Shown here piece by piece: positions 13,954 to 23,989 of a stretch of DNA of 47,620 bases (position 1 is its first letter; every line of letters starts with the position of its first letter). Below the pieces are notes generated by a model. That model did not search any database, was not told where the DNA came from, and saw only the letters and a program-made list of their open reading frames with translations. The stretch covers positions 7,716-55,335 of the forward strand of contig JAJZKW010000005.1 in assembly GCA_021803945.1 (NCBI GenBank), given 5' to 3'. Made by a program: the position numbers and the translations under genes. The stretch is from Candidatus Micrarchaeota archaeon (GTDB taxonomy: Archaea; Micrarchaeota; Micrarchaeia; Micrarchaeales; CABMGC01).

Positions 13954-14037
13954 TTTACCACAAACATATTATGCATTTTCTCATATTTAAATATAATTAT
14001 ATTGAGCAATTTATTAGTAATCTGTTGTTGTTTTGGT
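13954..14037 (-). promoter_or_regulatory. promoter cassette: ACCAAAACAACA motif plus TATA (TTTAAATA)
   Basis: Motif starts 46 nt upstream of the TATA box; aligns without gaps to the region upstream of 25586. Confidence 0.6.
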
Positions 14038-14194
14038 GCATATGTAGCTTTGTAGAAATCCCCTCATTCTAACTACCCCGGAAGCTGCCACTACTTTGTT
14101 TAGAACTGGAATTGCTTTTTGAAGAGCCATACTAGAATCAAGACAGTGTTTAAAATGGATTTCACAGCAACGCTTTCGATTAACAAGCCGCAGA

Positions 14195-14267
14195 TGCGAC
14201 CGCCGGGATTCGAACCCGGGTTATTGACTTGGAAGGCCAAAGTCCTACCAGGCTAGACTACGGTCGC
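14195..14267 (-). tRNA. tRNA-Gly(TCC)
   Basis: Cloverleaf GCGACCG...CGGTCGC-A, anticodon loop CTTCCAA, T loop TTCGAAT; CCA not encoded. Confidence 0.95.
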
Positions 14268-14452
14268 ACTGCACACAATATAATGTGCAACTTAATTTTT
14301 AAATTAACGCCTCCTTCAAAACCACACGCAAGCAGGTTGGCTATTCCGCAGATATGGCCTATCTGGCATCTCCCTATCCAATTTCCAACAATTTAAACAG
14401 TTTGCAAATGCATAAATACTATAATTGCGCTAAAATATCCAACTGAGACTAC

Positions 14453-15574
14453 ATGGACGATGAATACAAGATAGGCGCTTATTCCGTTGAGGGCAAAGTG
14501 GACTATGAAGACACGATCAAAAAATTCGGAATCGGCCTTATTGACGACGCTCTGAAAGCGAGGATAAAGAAGGATGCGGGAGAGGTCCATTTCATGATAG
14601 AGCGCGGCATATACTTCGCACAGAGGGACATGAACTGGCTTTTGGACAAGTATGAAAAAGGGGACAAGTTCTATGTATACACCGGGATAGCCCCTTCAGG
14701 CAGCATGACGATAGCACACCTCCTGCCATTCATAATGGCGCAATGGCTGCAGGAAAAGTTTGATGCCGATGTACTGGTGCAGATTCCTGACGAGGAGAAA
14801 TTCCTAGCAAAGCGGGATCCAAAGCTCTCGCTCGAAAGGGCGCACGAGCTTGCCTATGAAGACGCGCTTGACATAGCGGCCCTTGGGTTCAAGCAGTCCA
14901 AGACGAAGATATTCCTCAATACAGAATATGCGACAGTATTGTACAAGCAGGCGGTCAGGGTCTCCAAATATCTTACCTTCTCGATAGTCAAGGACGCATT
15001 CGGATTCGGCAATGATACCAATGTCGGCACGCTCTTCTATACAAGCATGCAGGCCGTCCCGGCATTCCTCAAGTCAGTACAGGAAGGAAGGAACATACCA
15101 TGCGTCATACCTCTTGGTCTCGACCAGGATGTCCATTTCAGGGTCGCGCGGAACGCCATAGACAAGCTCGGATACTACAAGCCTGCGATAATGCATTCAA
15201 AGTTCCTGCCTTCGTTAAAAGGAGGCCCGAAGATGTCCTCAAGCGACCCCGACAATACCATATACCTGAACGATTCGCCTGAGGCGGTGGCAAGGAAGGT
15301 GAACAAGGCAATAACAGGACAGCAATCTACAGCAGAGCTCCAGAAGAAACTCGGAGGCGACCCAGACAAATGCGCAGTATGCCAGTATAACAGGTATCTC
15401 TTCGAGCCAGATGACAAAAAGCTAAAGGAGATATTCGATGGAGAGCGGAAGGGCACGCTTCTCGCAGGGGAGCACAAGAAGGACCTGGCAAACAAGATAA
15501 ACAAATTCCTTGAAGGCCACAGGAAGAACAAGGAGAGATTAAGGGGCAGCCTGGACAGCTTCATGCTGCAGTAA
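14453..15574 (+). CDS. trpS: tryptophan--tRNA ligase (archaeal/eukaryotic type)
   Basis: YTGIAPS, DEEKFL, GLDQDVHFR, KMSSS, GGDPDKC. Confidence 0.93.
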   Translation: MDDEYKIGAYSVEGKVDYEDTIKKFGIGLIDDALKARIKKDAGEVHFMIERGIYFAQRDMNWLLDKYEKGDKFYVYTGIAPSGSMTIAHLLPFIMAQWLQEKFDADVLVQIPDEEKFLAKRDPKLSLERAHELAYEDALDIAALGFKQSKTKIFLNTEYATVLYKQAVRVSKYLTFSIVKDAFGFGNDTNVGTLFYTSMQAVPAFLKSVQEGRNIPCVIPLGLDQDVHFRVARNAIDKLGYYKPAIMHSKFLPSLKGGPKMSSSDPDNTIYLNDSPEAVARKVNKAITGQQSTAELQKKLGGDPDKCAVCQYNRYLFEPDDKKLKEIFDGERKGTLLAGEHKKDLANKINKFLEGHRKNKERLRGSLDSFMLQ

Positions 15575-15633
15575 TCGCTTCCGCTTTCAATATAAAAACT
15601 TTTCATGCAATCTCATAGATACCGGTCATATAC

Positions 15634-16608
15634 ATGCTTGTACTCGGAATAGAGAGCAGCGCACACACCTTCGGGGTAGGGATAGTTGAAGGCGGAAAGG
15701 TCCTTTCAAACGAGAAGTCAATGTACGACATAGGCACAACAGGCATGATCCCTAAGAAAGTTGCAGAGCATCACGTTCAGAACTCAAATTCAATTGTGCG
15801 AGCCGCGCTTGAAAATGCAGGCGTCGGTCTGGAGGACGTAGAAGGCATAGGATATACGAAAGGACCAGGAATAGGGAATTGCCTGCAGGTAGGGCAGATA
15901 GTGGCAAAGACGCTTGCCCAAAAACTGAATGTACCCATAGTGCCTGTAAACCATGGCGTAGGCCACATAGAGATAGGAAGACTGAAGAGCGGTCTTAAGG
16001 ATCCAATAGTCCTTTATGTCAGCGGGGGGAATTCACAGATATTAAAGATTTCAAGCAAGCCGGAGAGGCACTACCGCATACTCGGGGAGACATTCGACAT
16101 AGGCATAGGGAACATGCTTGACAATTTCGCAAGGGCGATAAAACTGAACCCTGCATGGGGCTCCTCCGTAGAGAAGCACGCGCTCGGAGGCAGGTACCTA
16201 AGCATGCCGTACACTGTGAAGGGAATGGATTTTTCCTTCACCGGGCTGCTCACCCACTCCATAAAGCAGATAGGCAAGCACAGCGTCAAGGACATCTGCT
16301 TTTCTCTCCAGGAGACCGCGTTCTCCATGCTCTGCGAGGCGACAGAAAGGGCAATGCTGCTTACAAGCAGCAGCGAACTGTGCGTATGCGGCGGAGTGGC
16401 GCAGAATGCAAGGCTCAAGGAGATGCTTAAGTATGTCGCAGAAGAGCACAGGGCGAAGATAGGCTACGCTGCAAACGAGTTCAACGCGGACAACGGCGCC
16501 ATGATAGCCTTTGTCGCAGAAAGGATGCTTGATGGGGGATGCAGGACAAGGCTGTCTGATTGCACCATCGAGCAGAGATACAGGGTAGACCAGGCACAGA
16601 TATATTGA
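15634..16608 (+). CDS. kae1: KEOPS N6-L-threonylcarbamoyladenine synthase Kae1
   Basis: LGIESSAHT, NHGVGHIE, YVSGGNSQ, ETFDIGIGN, DNGAMIA. Confidence 0.96.
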   Translation: MLVLGIESSAHTFGVGIVEGGKVLSNEKSMYDIGTTGMIPKKVAEHHVQNSNSIVRAALENAGVGLEDVEGIGYTKGPGIGNCLQVGQIVAKTLAQKLNVPIVPVNHGVGHIEIGRLKSGLKDPIVLYVSGGNSQILKISSKPERHYRILGETFDIGIGNMLDNFARAIKLNPAWGSSVEKHALGGRYLSMPYTVKGMDFSFTGLLTHSIKQIGKHSVKDICFSLQETAFSMLCEATERAMLLTSSSELCVCGGVAQNARLKEMLKYVAEEHRAKIGYAANEFNADNGAMIAFVAERMLDGGCRTRLSDCTIEQRYRVDQAQIY

Positions 16609-16621
16609 CAATGTTGATATC

Positions 16622-17209
16622 ATGAGGAAGATTGGAGAAGGCGCGGAAGCAGTAATCTATTCAGGAAAGATATACGGGAAGGAGGTGATAGTAAAATACA
16701 GGGCGCCGAAGAGATACAGGGTAGCGGAGCTTGATACAACGATAAGAAAAGGCAGGACAAGGAAAGAGGCTATGGTAATCTCAAGAGCCACAAATTCAGG
16801 AGTAAATGTGCCAATGCTGATAGGGCTGGGAGCGTATGAAATATACATGGAATACATAAGAGGAACTGCGCTTAAAGATATGGAAGCCTCAAAGGCAATT
16901 ATGGCAATGACCGGAGTGCAACTGGGCAGGCTGCATAATGCAGGGATAGCCCACGGCGATTTCACACCGGCTAACATCATAATGAAAGGGAAAAATGTTT
17001 ATGTGATAGACTTCGGGCTTGCTGAGATTACTGAAAGCAGCGAAGAACGGGCACTGGATCTGCTTCTCATGAAGAGGCAGATTAGCGCAAGCCTTAACAG
17101 AGCATTCCTTTCTGGATACACGAAGACTTCGGGCTCGAGCAGGGATGTCCTAAGGCGCCTTTCCGAAATAGAGGAAAGGGGAAGGTACCAGATTAGGACA
17201 TTGGCATAG
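16622..17209 (+). CDS. bud32: KEOPS kinase/ATPase Bud32
   Basis: GEGAEA, HGDFTPAN, IDFGL, RGRY; immediately follows kae1. Confidence 0.95.
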   Translation: MRKIGEGAEAVIYSGKIYGKEVIVKYRAPKRYRVAELDTTIRKGRTRKEAMVISRATNSGVNVPMLIGLGAYEIYMEYIRGTALKDMEASKAIMAMTGVQLGRLHNAGIAHGDFTPANIIMKGKNVYVIDFGLAEITESSEERALDLLLMKRQISASLNRAFLSGYTKTSGSSRDVLRRLSEIEERGRYQIRTLA

Positions 17210-17341
17210 CGATAGACGCCAAGTATCTCCATACATTTTGTCAAGAGTGTGCCGCTCATATGCATCTGCAATGCATACGCTCAGGCTCATTATCCCTAAT
17301 ACTTGAAGCACGCTGTGTGCCAAACAACAAAATCCAGCGGG

Positions 17342-17455
17342 CTAGAGCTCGCCTACCCTTCTCTTCTGGGCCCTCTTTATCCTGCGCCTCCTCTTCTTGA
17401 GCCACTTCCAGCGCATTCTTCCCTTCTTTTTCCACTTCCTAGGTATGCTGCCCAA
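17342..17455 (-). CDS. rpl41e: ribosomal protein eL41 (L41e/eS32), 37 aa, absent from the ORF track
   Basis: Hand translation from TTG: [37 protein letters not shown], matching the archaeal [14 protein letters not shown] signature; GGTG upstream. Confidence 0.9.
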   Translation of the reverse strand: MGSIPRKWKKKGRMRWKWLKKRRRRIKRAQKRRVGEL

Positions 17456-17584
17456 AACAAGCACCAATGAGGTATTAATAATCATAACATTATATAATCA
17501 TAGCGGAAAGGCAAGGACCGCCACGGACCCAGAGGCTGAAGAACAAATATATACTTTGCAGTGGCAAATTCTTACCGTGCTTTC

Positions 17585-18367
17585 ATGGTCAACACAAAAG
17601 CGATAATGATATATGTTGTGCTGCTTGTCGTAGTGGCCATCATAGCCTTCTTCATCCTCCCTTCAAGCCCGCCGAAGACAACTACAGCCTTAACCACGTT
17701 CCCATCAAATTCCCAGAAGACGACAATTCCGCACCAGACCACAGTGATAAGTGCGACCACCACCACAGGTTTTTCGTCTTCATGCATATCTGCCAACCAG
17801 ACGGTCCCGATATACAACGGCAACTTCTCCACAGGCACGTTCGCGGGCTGGAACACGACGGGGCTAGGGTTCGGATCGGCTCCGAGGAACAAGACATACT
17901 ATAACAACAAGCTCATCTATTACGGCTCCCCGTGGGCCGGGTTCAACGGAGTGTACTTCGCGTCCAACTTCCAGGGCGGCACCCAGGTGGTTGGAGGAAA
18001 CCTCACATCAAACACGTTCGTAGTAAGAGAATCTTTCCTCAACTTCAAGATAATCTCTCCGCGCAGCAAGCTGATCTTCGTGCAGATATTGAGGAACGGA
18101 GCACCGGTAATAACGACATACTTCAACACGTACTCCAAGACGAGCTCCAGCAATACAAATTCCTCGAGCACGTTCGTGAACGCGAGCATAAACCTAATCC
18201 CGCTCCTCTGCGAGGACGTCCAGATAAGGGTATCGGCAGGCACACAGACCAGCTCGACCACGTCCGCAAGCACAAATTACATAGCGGTCACAGGATTCTT
18301 CCTGGGAAAGAGGCCGTATCAAGACGCAATCCTTCCGTACAACCAGACCATAAACCTTACAAGCTAG
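17585..18367 (+). CDS. N-terminally anchored extracellular protein with probable carbohydrate-binding beta-sandwich
   Basis: N-terminal TM helix, Thr/Ser linker, NGNFSTGTFAGW and GNLTSNTF...FLNF motifs, many NxS/T sequons. Confidence 0.65.
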   Translation: MVNTKAIMIYVVLLVVVAIIAFFILPSSPPKTTTALTTFPSNSQKTTIPHQTTVISATTTTGFSSSCISANQTVPIYNGNFSTGTFAGWNTTGLGFGSAPRNKTYYNNKLIYYGSPWAGFNGVYFASNFQGGTQVVGGNLTSNTFVVRESFLNFKIISPRSKLIFVQILRNGAPVITTYFNTYSKTSSSNTNSSSTFVNASINLIPLLCEDVQIRVSAGTQTSSTTSASTNYIAVTGFFLGKRPYQDAILPYNQTINLTS

Positions 18368-18377
18368 GTAAGCCATC

Positions 18378-19808
18378 ATGCTATCTGTATACAACACCCT
18401 CTCAAGGTCCAAGGAGGAGTTCAAGCCTCTCTCCGGGAAGGAGGTGAAGATGTTCGTATGCGGGCAGACAGTATATGACGACGCGCACCTAGGGCACGCG
18501 AAGAACTACATAAACTTCGACGTCATAGCCAGGTGGCTGAGGAGGAGCGGATACTCCCTCAAGTACATCCAGAACATAACCGACATAGACGACAAGATAA
18601 TAAAGAGGGCAGCCGAGGACGGGGTCGATCCGATTGCGCTTGCAAGGAGGTACGAATCAAGGTTCATGGAGGACATGGAGGCCATAGGGGTGAAGGCCGG
18701 AGTGGACAGTTATCCAAGGTCGCATGATTTCATAGGCGCCATTAAGGAGCAGCTGCAGATGCTCCTGGACAACGGATACGCGTACGTCCTGGACGGCGAC
18801 ATATACTATGACGTATCAAAATTCAAAGACTACACAAAGCTTTCCGGGATGAGGGTCGAAGAGCTCGAGAAGCACAGGATAGAGCCGAAGGAGGGAAAAA
18901 GGAACTCCTACGACTTCGTCCTCTGGAAAGGCTCGAAGCCCGGGGAGCCGAGCTGGAAGATAGGGCTAAGGCTTGATGGCAGCGAGATGGACATAGAGGG
19001 CAGGCCAGGATGGCACATAGAGGATACGGCAATAACATACGCCATCTTCGGAAGGCAGTACGACATCCACGGCGGAGCCATAGAGCTCATATTCCCGCAC
19101 CATACGAACGAGATAGCCCAGGCAGAGGCGGCATTCAAGGTCAGCCCTTTCGTCAGGTACTGGATGCATTCTGGCATAATGCTGATAAAAGGGGAGAAGA
19201 TGAGCAAGAGCCTGAAGAACTTCATAAGGATAAGGGACCTCCTGAAAGAATACGATGCGGAGGCCTTGAGGATGCTCATATGCTCCACCCACTACAGGAA
19301 AGACATAGCGTACACAGACCAGCTAATGAAAGACGCCTCTTCAAGGCTCAGGCATGCGTATTCATCGCTGGGCATATTCTTCAACATGGAGGCAGAGGAG
19401 AGCAAGGAGTCATGCGCAGAGGTCGACGCTATAATGGACGGGCTCAGGAAGGGCTTCGCCGAGGCTATGGACGACGACTTCAACACTCCTCTCTCCCTTT
19501 CGCTGCTCATGTCGGCGATAGAGAAGCTAAGGATATACGCCGAGTCATATCCGAAGATAAGCTCCAAGTCAAAGGAATCTGCGGTCAGCGAAGTGCTGTC
19601 GCTCTGCGGGATATTCGGGATCATGCAGAAGGACGCGTACAAGGAGAGGCTCTCTGCAGACGAAGCAAGGCTGATAAAGGAGAGGGAGTCACTGAGGAGG
19701 GAGAAGAAGTTCGCGGAATCGGATGTTATAAGGGAAAGGCTGGCCAGCGAGTTCGGCATAATAACGGAAGACAGCGAATTCGGGACGATATGGTACAGGA
19801 AGGGATAG
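18378..19808 (+). CDS. cysS: cysteine--tRNA ligase
   Basis: CGQTVYD, HLGH, GRPGWHIE, DIHGG, FPHH, KMSKS, MDDDFNT. Confidence 0.97.
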   Translation: MLSVYNTLSRSKEEFKPLSGKEVKMFVCGQTVYDDAHLGHAKNYINFDVIARWLRRSGYSLKYIQNITDIDDKIIKRAAEDGVDPIALARRYESRFMEDMEAIGVKAGVDSYPRSHDFIGAIKEQLQMLLDNGYAYVLDGDIYYDVSKFKDYTKLSGMRVEELEKHRIEPKEGKRNSYDFVLWKGSKPGEPSWKIGLRLDGSEMDIEGRPGWHIEDTAITYAIFGRQYDIHGGAIELIFPHHTNEIAQAEAAFKVSPFVRYWMHSGIMLIKGEKMSKSLKNFIRIRDLLKEYDAEALRMLICSTHYRKDIAYTDQLMKDASSRLRHAYSSLGIFFNMEAEESKESCAEVDAIMDGLRKGFAEAMDDDFNTPLSLSLLMSAIEKLRIYAESYPKISSKSKESAVSEVLSLCGIFGIMQKDAYKERLSADEARLIKERESLRREKKFAESDVIRERLASEFGIITEDSEFGTIWYRKG

Positions 19809-20276
19809 CTATCCCTGCTCCTGCCCCTGGGCCTGCTTCTTTCCGTCTCCTGCTTGTGCCTCCGCAGCGCTCCTGCCGCCCCTCTTCTTCTGCCTGTCGG
19901 TCCTTGCATTTGCAAACAGCACGAGCAGGTCCTCCTCCTTCGGCGTCTCTGCCCATGCCTTTATGTAGAGTGATATGTTCTTTAGCGGCCTCGAATACCT
20001 GTCAGTGAAGGCGTACACCCCGTCCTCGTGCTTCAGCAAGCCAACCATGACTCCGAAGTCGAGATACCTCTTCCATGTCGCCATGGGGAGCTCGTCCCCG
20101 CAGTCCTTGAGCCTTAGCCCGTTCCTCTTCTTCACCTCGCACAGCGCCTTCGAGAACCTGTAGGCCTTCGTGTCGTTGTCGAAGTATATCTTTGCTACGT
20201 CCCTAACGTTCGGGTCCTTCAATTTCTCCTTGAGGGGAGCGTCTTCGTACTCCCAGTACCTGATCGCCATGGACAT
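19809..20276 (-). CDS. hypothetical protein, possible winged-helix fold
   Basis: 155-aa ORF downstream of the DRG gene; MATWKRYLDFGVMVGLLKHEDGVYAFT resembles a recognition helix plus wing. Confidence 0.6.
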   Translation of the reverse strand: MSMAIRYWEYEDAPLKEKLKDPNVRDVAKIYFDNDTKAYRFSKALCEVKKRNGLRLKDCGDELPMATWKRYLDFGVMVGLLKHEDGVYAFTDRYSRPLKNISLYIKAWAETPKEEDLLVLFANARTDRQKKRGGRSAAEAQAGDGKKQAQGQEQG

Positions 20277-20335
20277 ATTGTGTTTGGTAATAAATTTAAT
20301 CCTTACTGAGCCGAACCCGCAATCCCGTGCGCATA

Positions 20336-21469
20336 CTAGAAGTCAAATACAACAGTGACTACATCCCCGTCCATCACTTTGTGGTCTTCCCCGACCCTCT
20401 GGTTCGCAAACTTAGAGCTCGGGCCGCTCACATAGGCATACTTTATGCTCTTCACGAGCTTCGTGTTTATCTTCCTGACCACTTCTATTATGCTAGCCCC
20501 TCCGTCAAGGACAAGAGGCTTGCCGAAATCCGGGCTGCCGTCCTTGGGCTTGAGGTACACCCTTATGAGCCCGAGGCCGTCGAACACCTTCTTCTTGACA
20601 TCGTCTATGTTATCTGCCATCTTCGCGCTTATCGGTATCACGCGCATGCCTGTCTTTGCCTCAATCTCATTCTTCAGCGCCTCTATCTTCCTCGAATCCG
20701 CAGTGTCTATCTTGTTCAGGGCAACAACCCCCCTGATATACACGCAGTTGTCGGCTACGAAGTCTATGAGCATCTGGTCAGTAGTATCCTGGTAAAAGAC
20801 AAGGTCCCCGTTGAATATCTTGAACTCGTTGAGCACGCTAAGTATCACGTCCCTGCCGGGTATGCGGTGCCCGTTCCCCTCTATATGCACCCCTCCAGCC
20901 GCTGTCCTCTCAAGCCTGATCTTCGGCCTCTCCTGGTTCACCCGTATGTTCAGCATGCCCAGCTCATCGACAAGCTGGTATACCTGCTGGTGCGCATTTA
21001 TGTCTATGACGAAGAGCATAAGGTCCGCTATCCTGATCACGCTGATTATCTTCAGGCTCCCTCCCCTGCCTATGTGAGCGCCCTGTATGAGCCCCGGAAG
21101 GTCGAGGACCTGTATCTTCGCGCCGTTGTATTCCAGCATGCCAGGTATGACGTCAAGCGTAGTGAATGCGTAGTCCGCCACCTTGGACTGCACTCCGGTC
21201 AGCACCCGCAGGAGAGACGACTTACCTGCATTAGGGAACCCTACCAGCACGACCGTCGCATTCCCTGACTTCCTCACGGAATATCCTGTCCCGCTTCTCC
21301 TGCTGTGGCTCTCTATCTCCCTCCTTATCTTGGCTATTTTGGCCCTCAGCTGCCCTAGGTACTTGTTCGTTGCCTTGTTGTATTTCGTCTTCGAATACTG
21401 CTCCTGCAGCTCCTCTATCTTCTTCTCCCCTGAGGTCTTGTCAATCATAAACATCCGCTTGCGAATCAA
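20336..21469 (-). CDS. drg: DRG-family (OBG-like) GTPase with TGS domain
   Basis: NKAT, GFPNAGKSS, YAFTTL, DLPG, NKID, C-terminal TGS (QRVGEDH...DGDVV); true start likely an ATG near 21448-21454. Confidence 0.93.
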   Translation of the reverse strand: MIRKRMFMIDKTSGEKKIEELQEQYSKTKYNKATNKYLGQLRAKIAKIRREIESHSRRSGTGYSVRKSGNATVVLVGFPNAGKSSLLRVLTGVQSKVADYAFTTLDVIPGMLEYNGAKIQVLDLPGLIQGAHIGRGGSLKIISVIRIADLMLFVIDINAHQQVYQLVDELGMLNIRVNQERPKIRLERTAAGGVHIEGNGHRIPGRDVILSVLNEFKIFNGDLVFYQDTTDQMLIDFVADNCVYIRGVVALNKIDTADSRKIEALKNEIEAKTGMRVIPISAKMADNIDDVKKKVFDGLGLIRVYLKPKDGSPDFGKPLVLDGGASIIEVVRKINTKLVKSIKYAYVSGPSSKFANQRVGEDHKVMDGDVVTVVFDF

Positions 21470-21530
21470 ACCTTGCTGTGCATAATCATTTAATTCTTAC
21501 GAAAGATAAACCTTTGTGGAGGTGCATTGA

Positions 21531-22544
21531 ATGATCGATATTCTAGTCGGCGGCTTCTACGGCGACGAAGGCAAGGGCAAGGTGGCGTCATACCTCGCGC
21601 TGAACGACAAACCAAGGATTGCAGTGAGGACAGGCAGCATAAACGCCGGGCACACGGCTGTGTACAACGGGAATTCATACAAGCTCAGGTCTATCCCTTC
21701 CGCATTCATCAGCGCTGGCACGGAGCTAGCCATATCTCCCGGAGCGCTCATCAAGCTTGACATCCTCTTCAAAGAGATGGAGACGACAAAGACGCGGCAA
21801 AGGATCATGATAGACGGGCATGCCGGAGTCATAACGGAGCTTGAGGCGGAGGAGGAGAGGAAGGACAGCCTGCTGAGCGACAAGGTGGGCAGCACGAAGC
21901 AGGGAGTCGGCGCAGCCGAGTCGAAAAGGATCCTGAGGAGCCTAAAGCTGGCGAAGGACTATCCCGAGCTCTCAGAATTCATAGCCAATGTGCCGGAGAA
22001 GGTAGTGGATTGCGTAAAGGATGGGGGCCTGGTCCAGGTTGAGGGGAGCCAGGGGCACATGCTCAGCCTGTATCACGGAGTCTATCCGTATGTAACGAGC
22101 AGGAACACGACGTCATCTGGAATACTGAGCGACGTTGGCGTGGGCCCGAAATACGTAGGCAGCGTAATAGCGATATTCAAGGCCTTCGTGACAAGGGTCG
22201 GCGGAGGCCCGATGGACAACGAGATGTCCCCTGAGAAGGCAAGGGAACTCGGGCTCCAGGAATTCGGCACTGTGACAGGCAGGCAGAGGAGAGCCGCTCC
22301 ATTCGACCCCAAGCTCGCAAAGGAGGTTGTCAGGATAAATTCGGCAACAGAGGTCGCGATAACAAAAGTCGACGTGCTCTTCAAGGGTGCCGAGAAGGTA
22401 AGGAGCTATGGTCTGCTCCCAAAGGAGGCAAAGGAATGGATAGAAGGGATAGAGGACGAGATAGGCGCCAATGTCACGCTGATAGGCACAGGAGAGGACG
22501 CGCTTGACATGGTGGACCGCAGGAAGGAGATATCAGGCAAATAA
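21531..22544 (+). CDS. purA: adenylosuccinate synthetase (short archaeal type)
   Basis: [34 protein letters not shown]. Confidence 0.96.
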   Translation: MIDILVGGFYGDEGKGKVASYLALNDKPRIAVRTGSINAGHTAVYNGNSYKLRSIPSAFISAGTELAISPGALIKLDILFKEMETTKTRQRIMIDGHAGVITELEAEEERKDSLLSDKVGSTKQGVGAAESKRILRSLKLAKDYPELSEFIANVPEKVVDCVKDGGLVQVEGSQGHMLSLYHGVYPYVTSRNTTSSGILSDVGVGPKYVGSVIAIFKAFVTRVGGGPMDNEMSPEKARELGLQEFGTVTGRQRRAAPFDPKLAKEVVRINSATEVAITKVDVLFKGAEKVRSYGLLPKEAKEWIEGIEDEIGANVTLIGTGEDALDMVDRRKEISGK

Positions 22545-22558
22545 TTCCGTGATTACGA

Positions 22559-23989
22559 ATGCCGGACGAAAGAAAAAGGCCGCCAAGGCCATCGAAGCTC
22601 GACGTATCCTATTTCGAGAACCAGGAGCACATCTCCCCTATAGGCATAAGGTACACCACAAGTATGTCAAAGGTCTTCGGAGAGGAGAGCTACATACAGG
22701 CAATATTAGACGTAGAGGCGGAGAACGTAAAGGTGCTGTCCGAGCTGTATCCGGGAAAGGTCCCAGGCAGAGCTGCAAGGAGGATCAAGGCGATAGCCGA
22801 TACCAGTCACGTCAGGCCTGCAGAAGTAAGGAGGAGAGAAGCAGAGAAGACGCACCACGAGCTTGCCGCTGTAATAGGAGTGATGGCAGACAAGGCAGGC
22901 AAGGACGGCAGGTATGTGCACTTCGGGATGACTTCTGCAGACGCAGTGGAAACCGCCAAGGCCCTGCAGATGCTTAAGGCCATTGACATACTGATTAAAA
23001 CCGCAGCGGATACGAGGGACGCATGCCTGAGGGCAGCGTTGTCCTGGAAAGACATCCCGTCGATAGCCAGGACCCACGGGCAGCACGCAATACCTGCCCC
23101 GTTCGGCCTTCCATTCGCCTTCTTCGGATACTGCCTGCAGAAAAACATAGAGAGGCTCAGGTATGACAGGGAGAGGTGTGCAGAAGGGAAGCTGTCAGGT
23201 GTCATAGGCACGTACGATGTGCACGTGAACGAAGGCATCGACGGCCCGAAGGTGGAAGAGAAGGTTCTCAGAAACCTCGGAGTGAAAAAGGCGGAGATGG
23301 CCATGCAGACCCCGCCCCGGGAAGGCACTGCATATATAATCTCAGACCTCGCAGTGCTTTGCGGCAGACTTGCGACAATCGCGTCCTACATAAAGATGCT
23401 GAAGCGGACAGAGATACTGGAGCTGAGCGAAGCTCCTGACAGGGGCTCAGTAGGGAGCTCGGCAATGCCACACAAGAACATGCATGGCAATCCGTTCATA
23501 GAGGAGAGGTGCATCTCGATAGGCAGGATCCTGCGCGGCCACGCGCTGGCATCACTGGAATCCATGTCGGTCGAGGACTTCAGGGACCTAACAGCCTCCC
23601 TCTCAGACAGGGTGATTATACCTGAATCTTTCATACTCTCGGATTATGCGTGCGCCCTGATTAAAAACATAATAGAGCGCGCAAGCATCGTGCCTGAAAA
23701 CATAGAGCACAACCTAAACCGCACAAAAGGCACGGCCTCTTCGCAGCTTGTGATGAGCAGGCTCGTGGACAAGGGGATGCAGAGGCAGAGGGCCAGGGAG
23801 ATATCATTCAATGCCGCTGAGGCCGCGCTGAAAGGTGATATCAGCTACCTTGAAGCGCTGATGGAAGACAGTGAGATAGCAGGGCTCATCTCCGAGGGCG
23901 AGCTCAGGAGCCTATGCGATCCAAGGACAAACCTGGGCATGTCAAGGAAGATAATCGAGAGGATCGCAGGGAAGTACATGAATAAGTAG
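22559..23989 (+). CDS. purB: adenylosuccinate lyase
   Basis: HFGMTSAD, RTHGQHA, SSAMPHK fumarase-superfamily signature; follows purA. Confidence 0.93.
   Translation: MPDERKRPPRPSKLDVSYFENQEHISPIGIRYTTSMSKVFGEESYIQAILDVEAENVKVLSELYPGKVPGRAARRIKAIADTSHVRPAEVRRREAEKTHHELAAVIGVMADKAGKDGRYVHFGMTSADAVETAKALQMLKAIDILIKTAADTRDACLRAALSWKDIPSIARTHGQHAIPAPFGLPFAFFGYCLQKNIERLRYDRERCAEGKLSGVIGTYDVHVNEGIDGPKVEEKVLRNLGVKKAEMAMQTPPREGTAYIISDLAVLCGRLATIASYIKMLKRTEILELSEAPDRGSVGSSAMPHKNMHGNPFIEERCISIGRILRGHALASLESMSVEDFRDLTASLSDRVIIPESFILSDYACALIKNIIERASIVPENIEHNLNRTKGTASSQLVMSRLVDKGMQRQRAREISFNAAEAALKGDISYLEALMEDSEIAGLISEGELRSLCDPRTNLGMSRKIIERIAGKYMNK

Noticed and set aside
13300-14194. Possible island integrated at tRNA-Gly
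   Set aside because: The AT-rich orphan lies downstream of the tRNA, but I found no duplicated tRNA 3' end and no integrase
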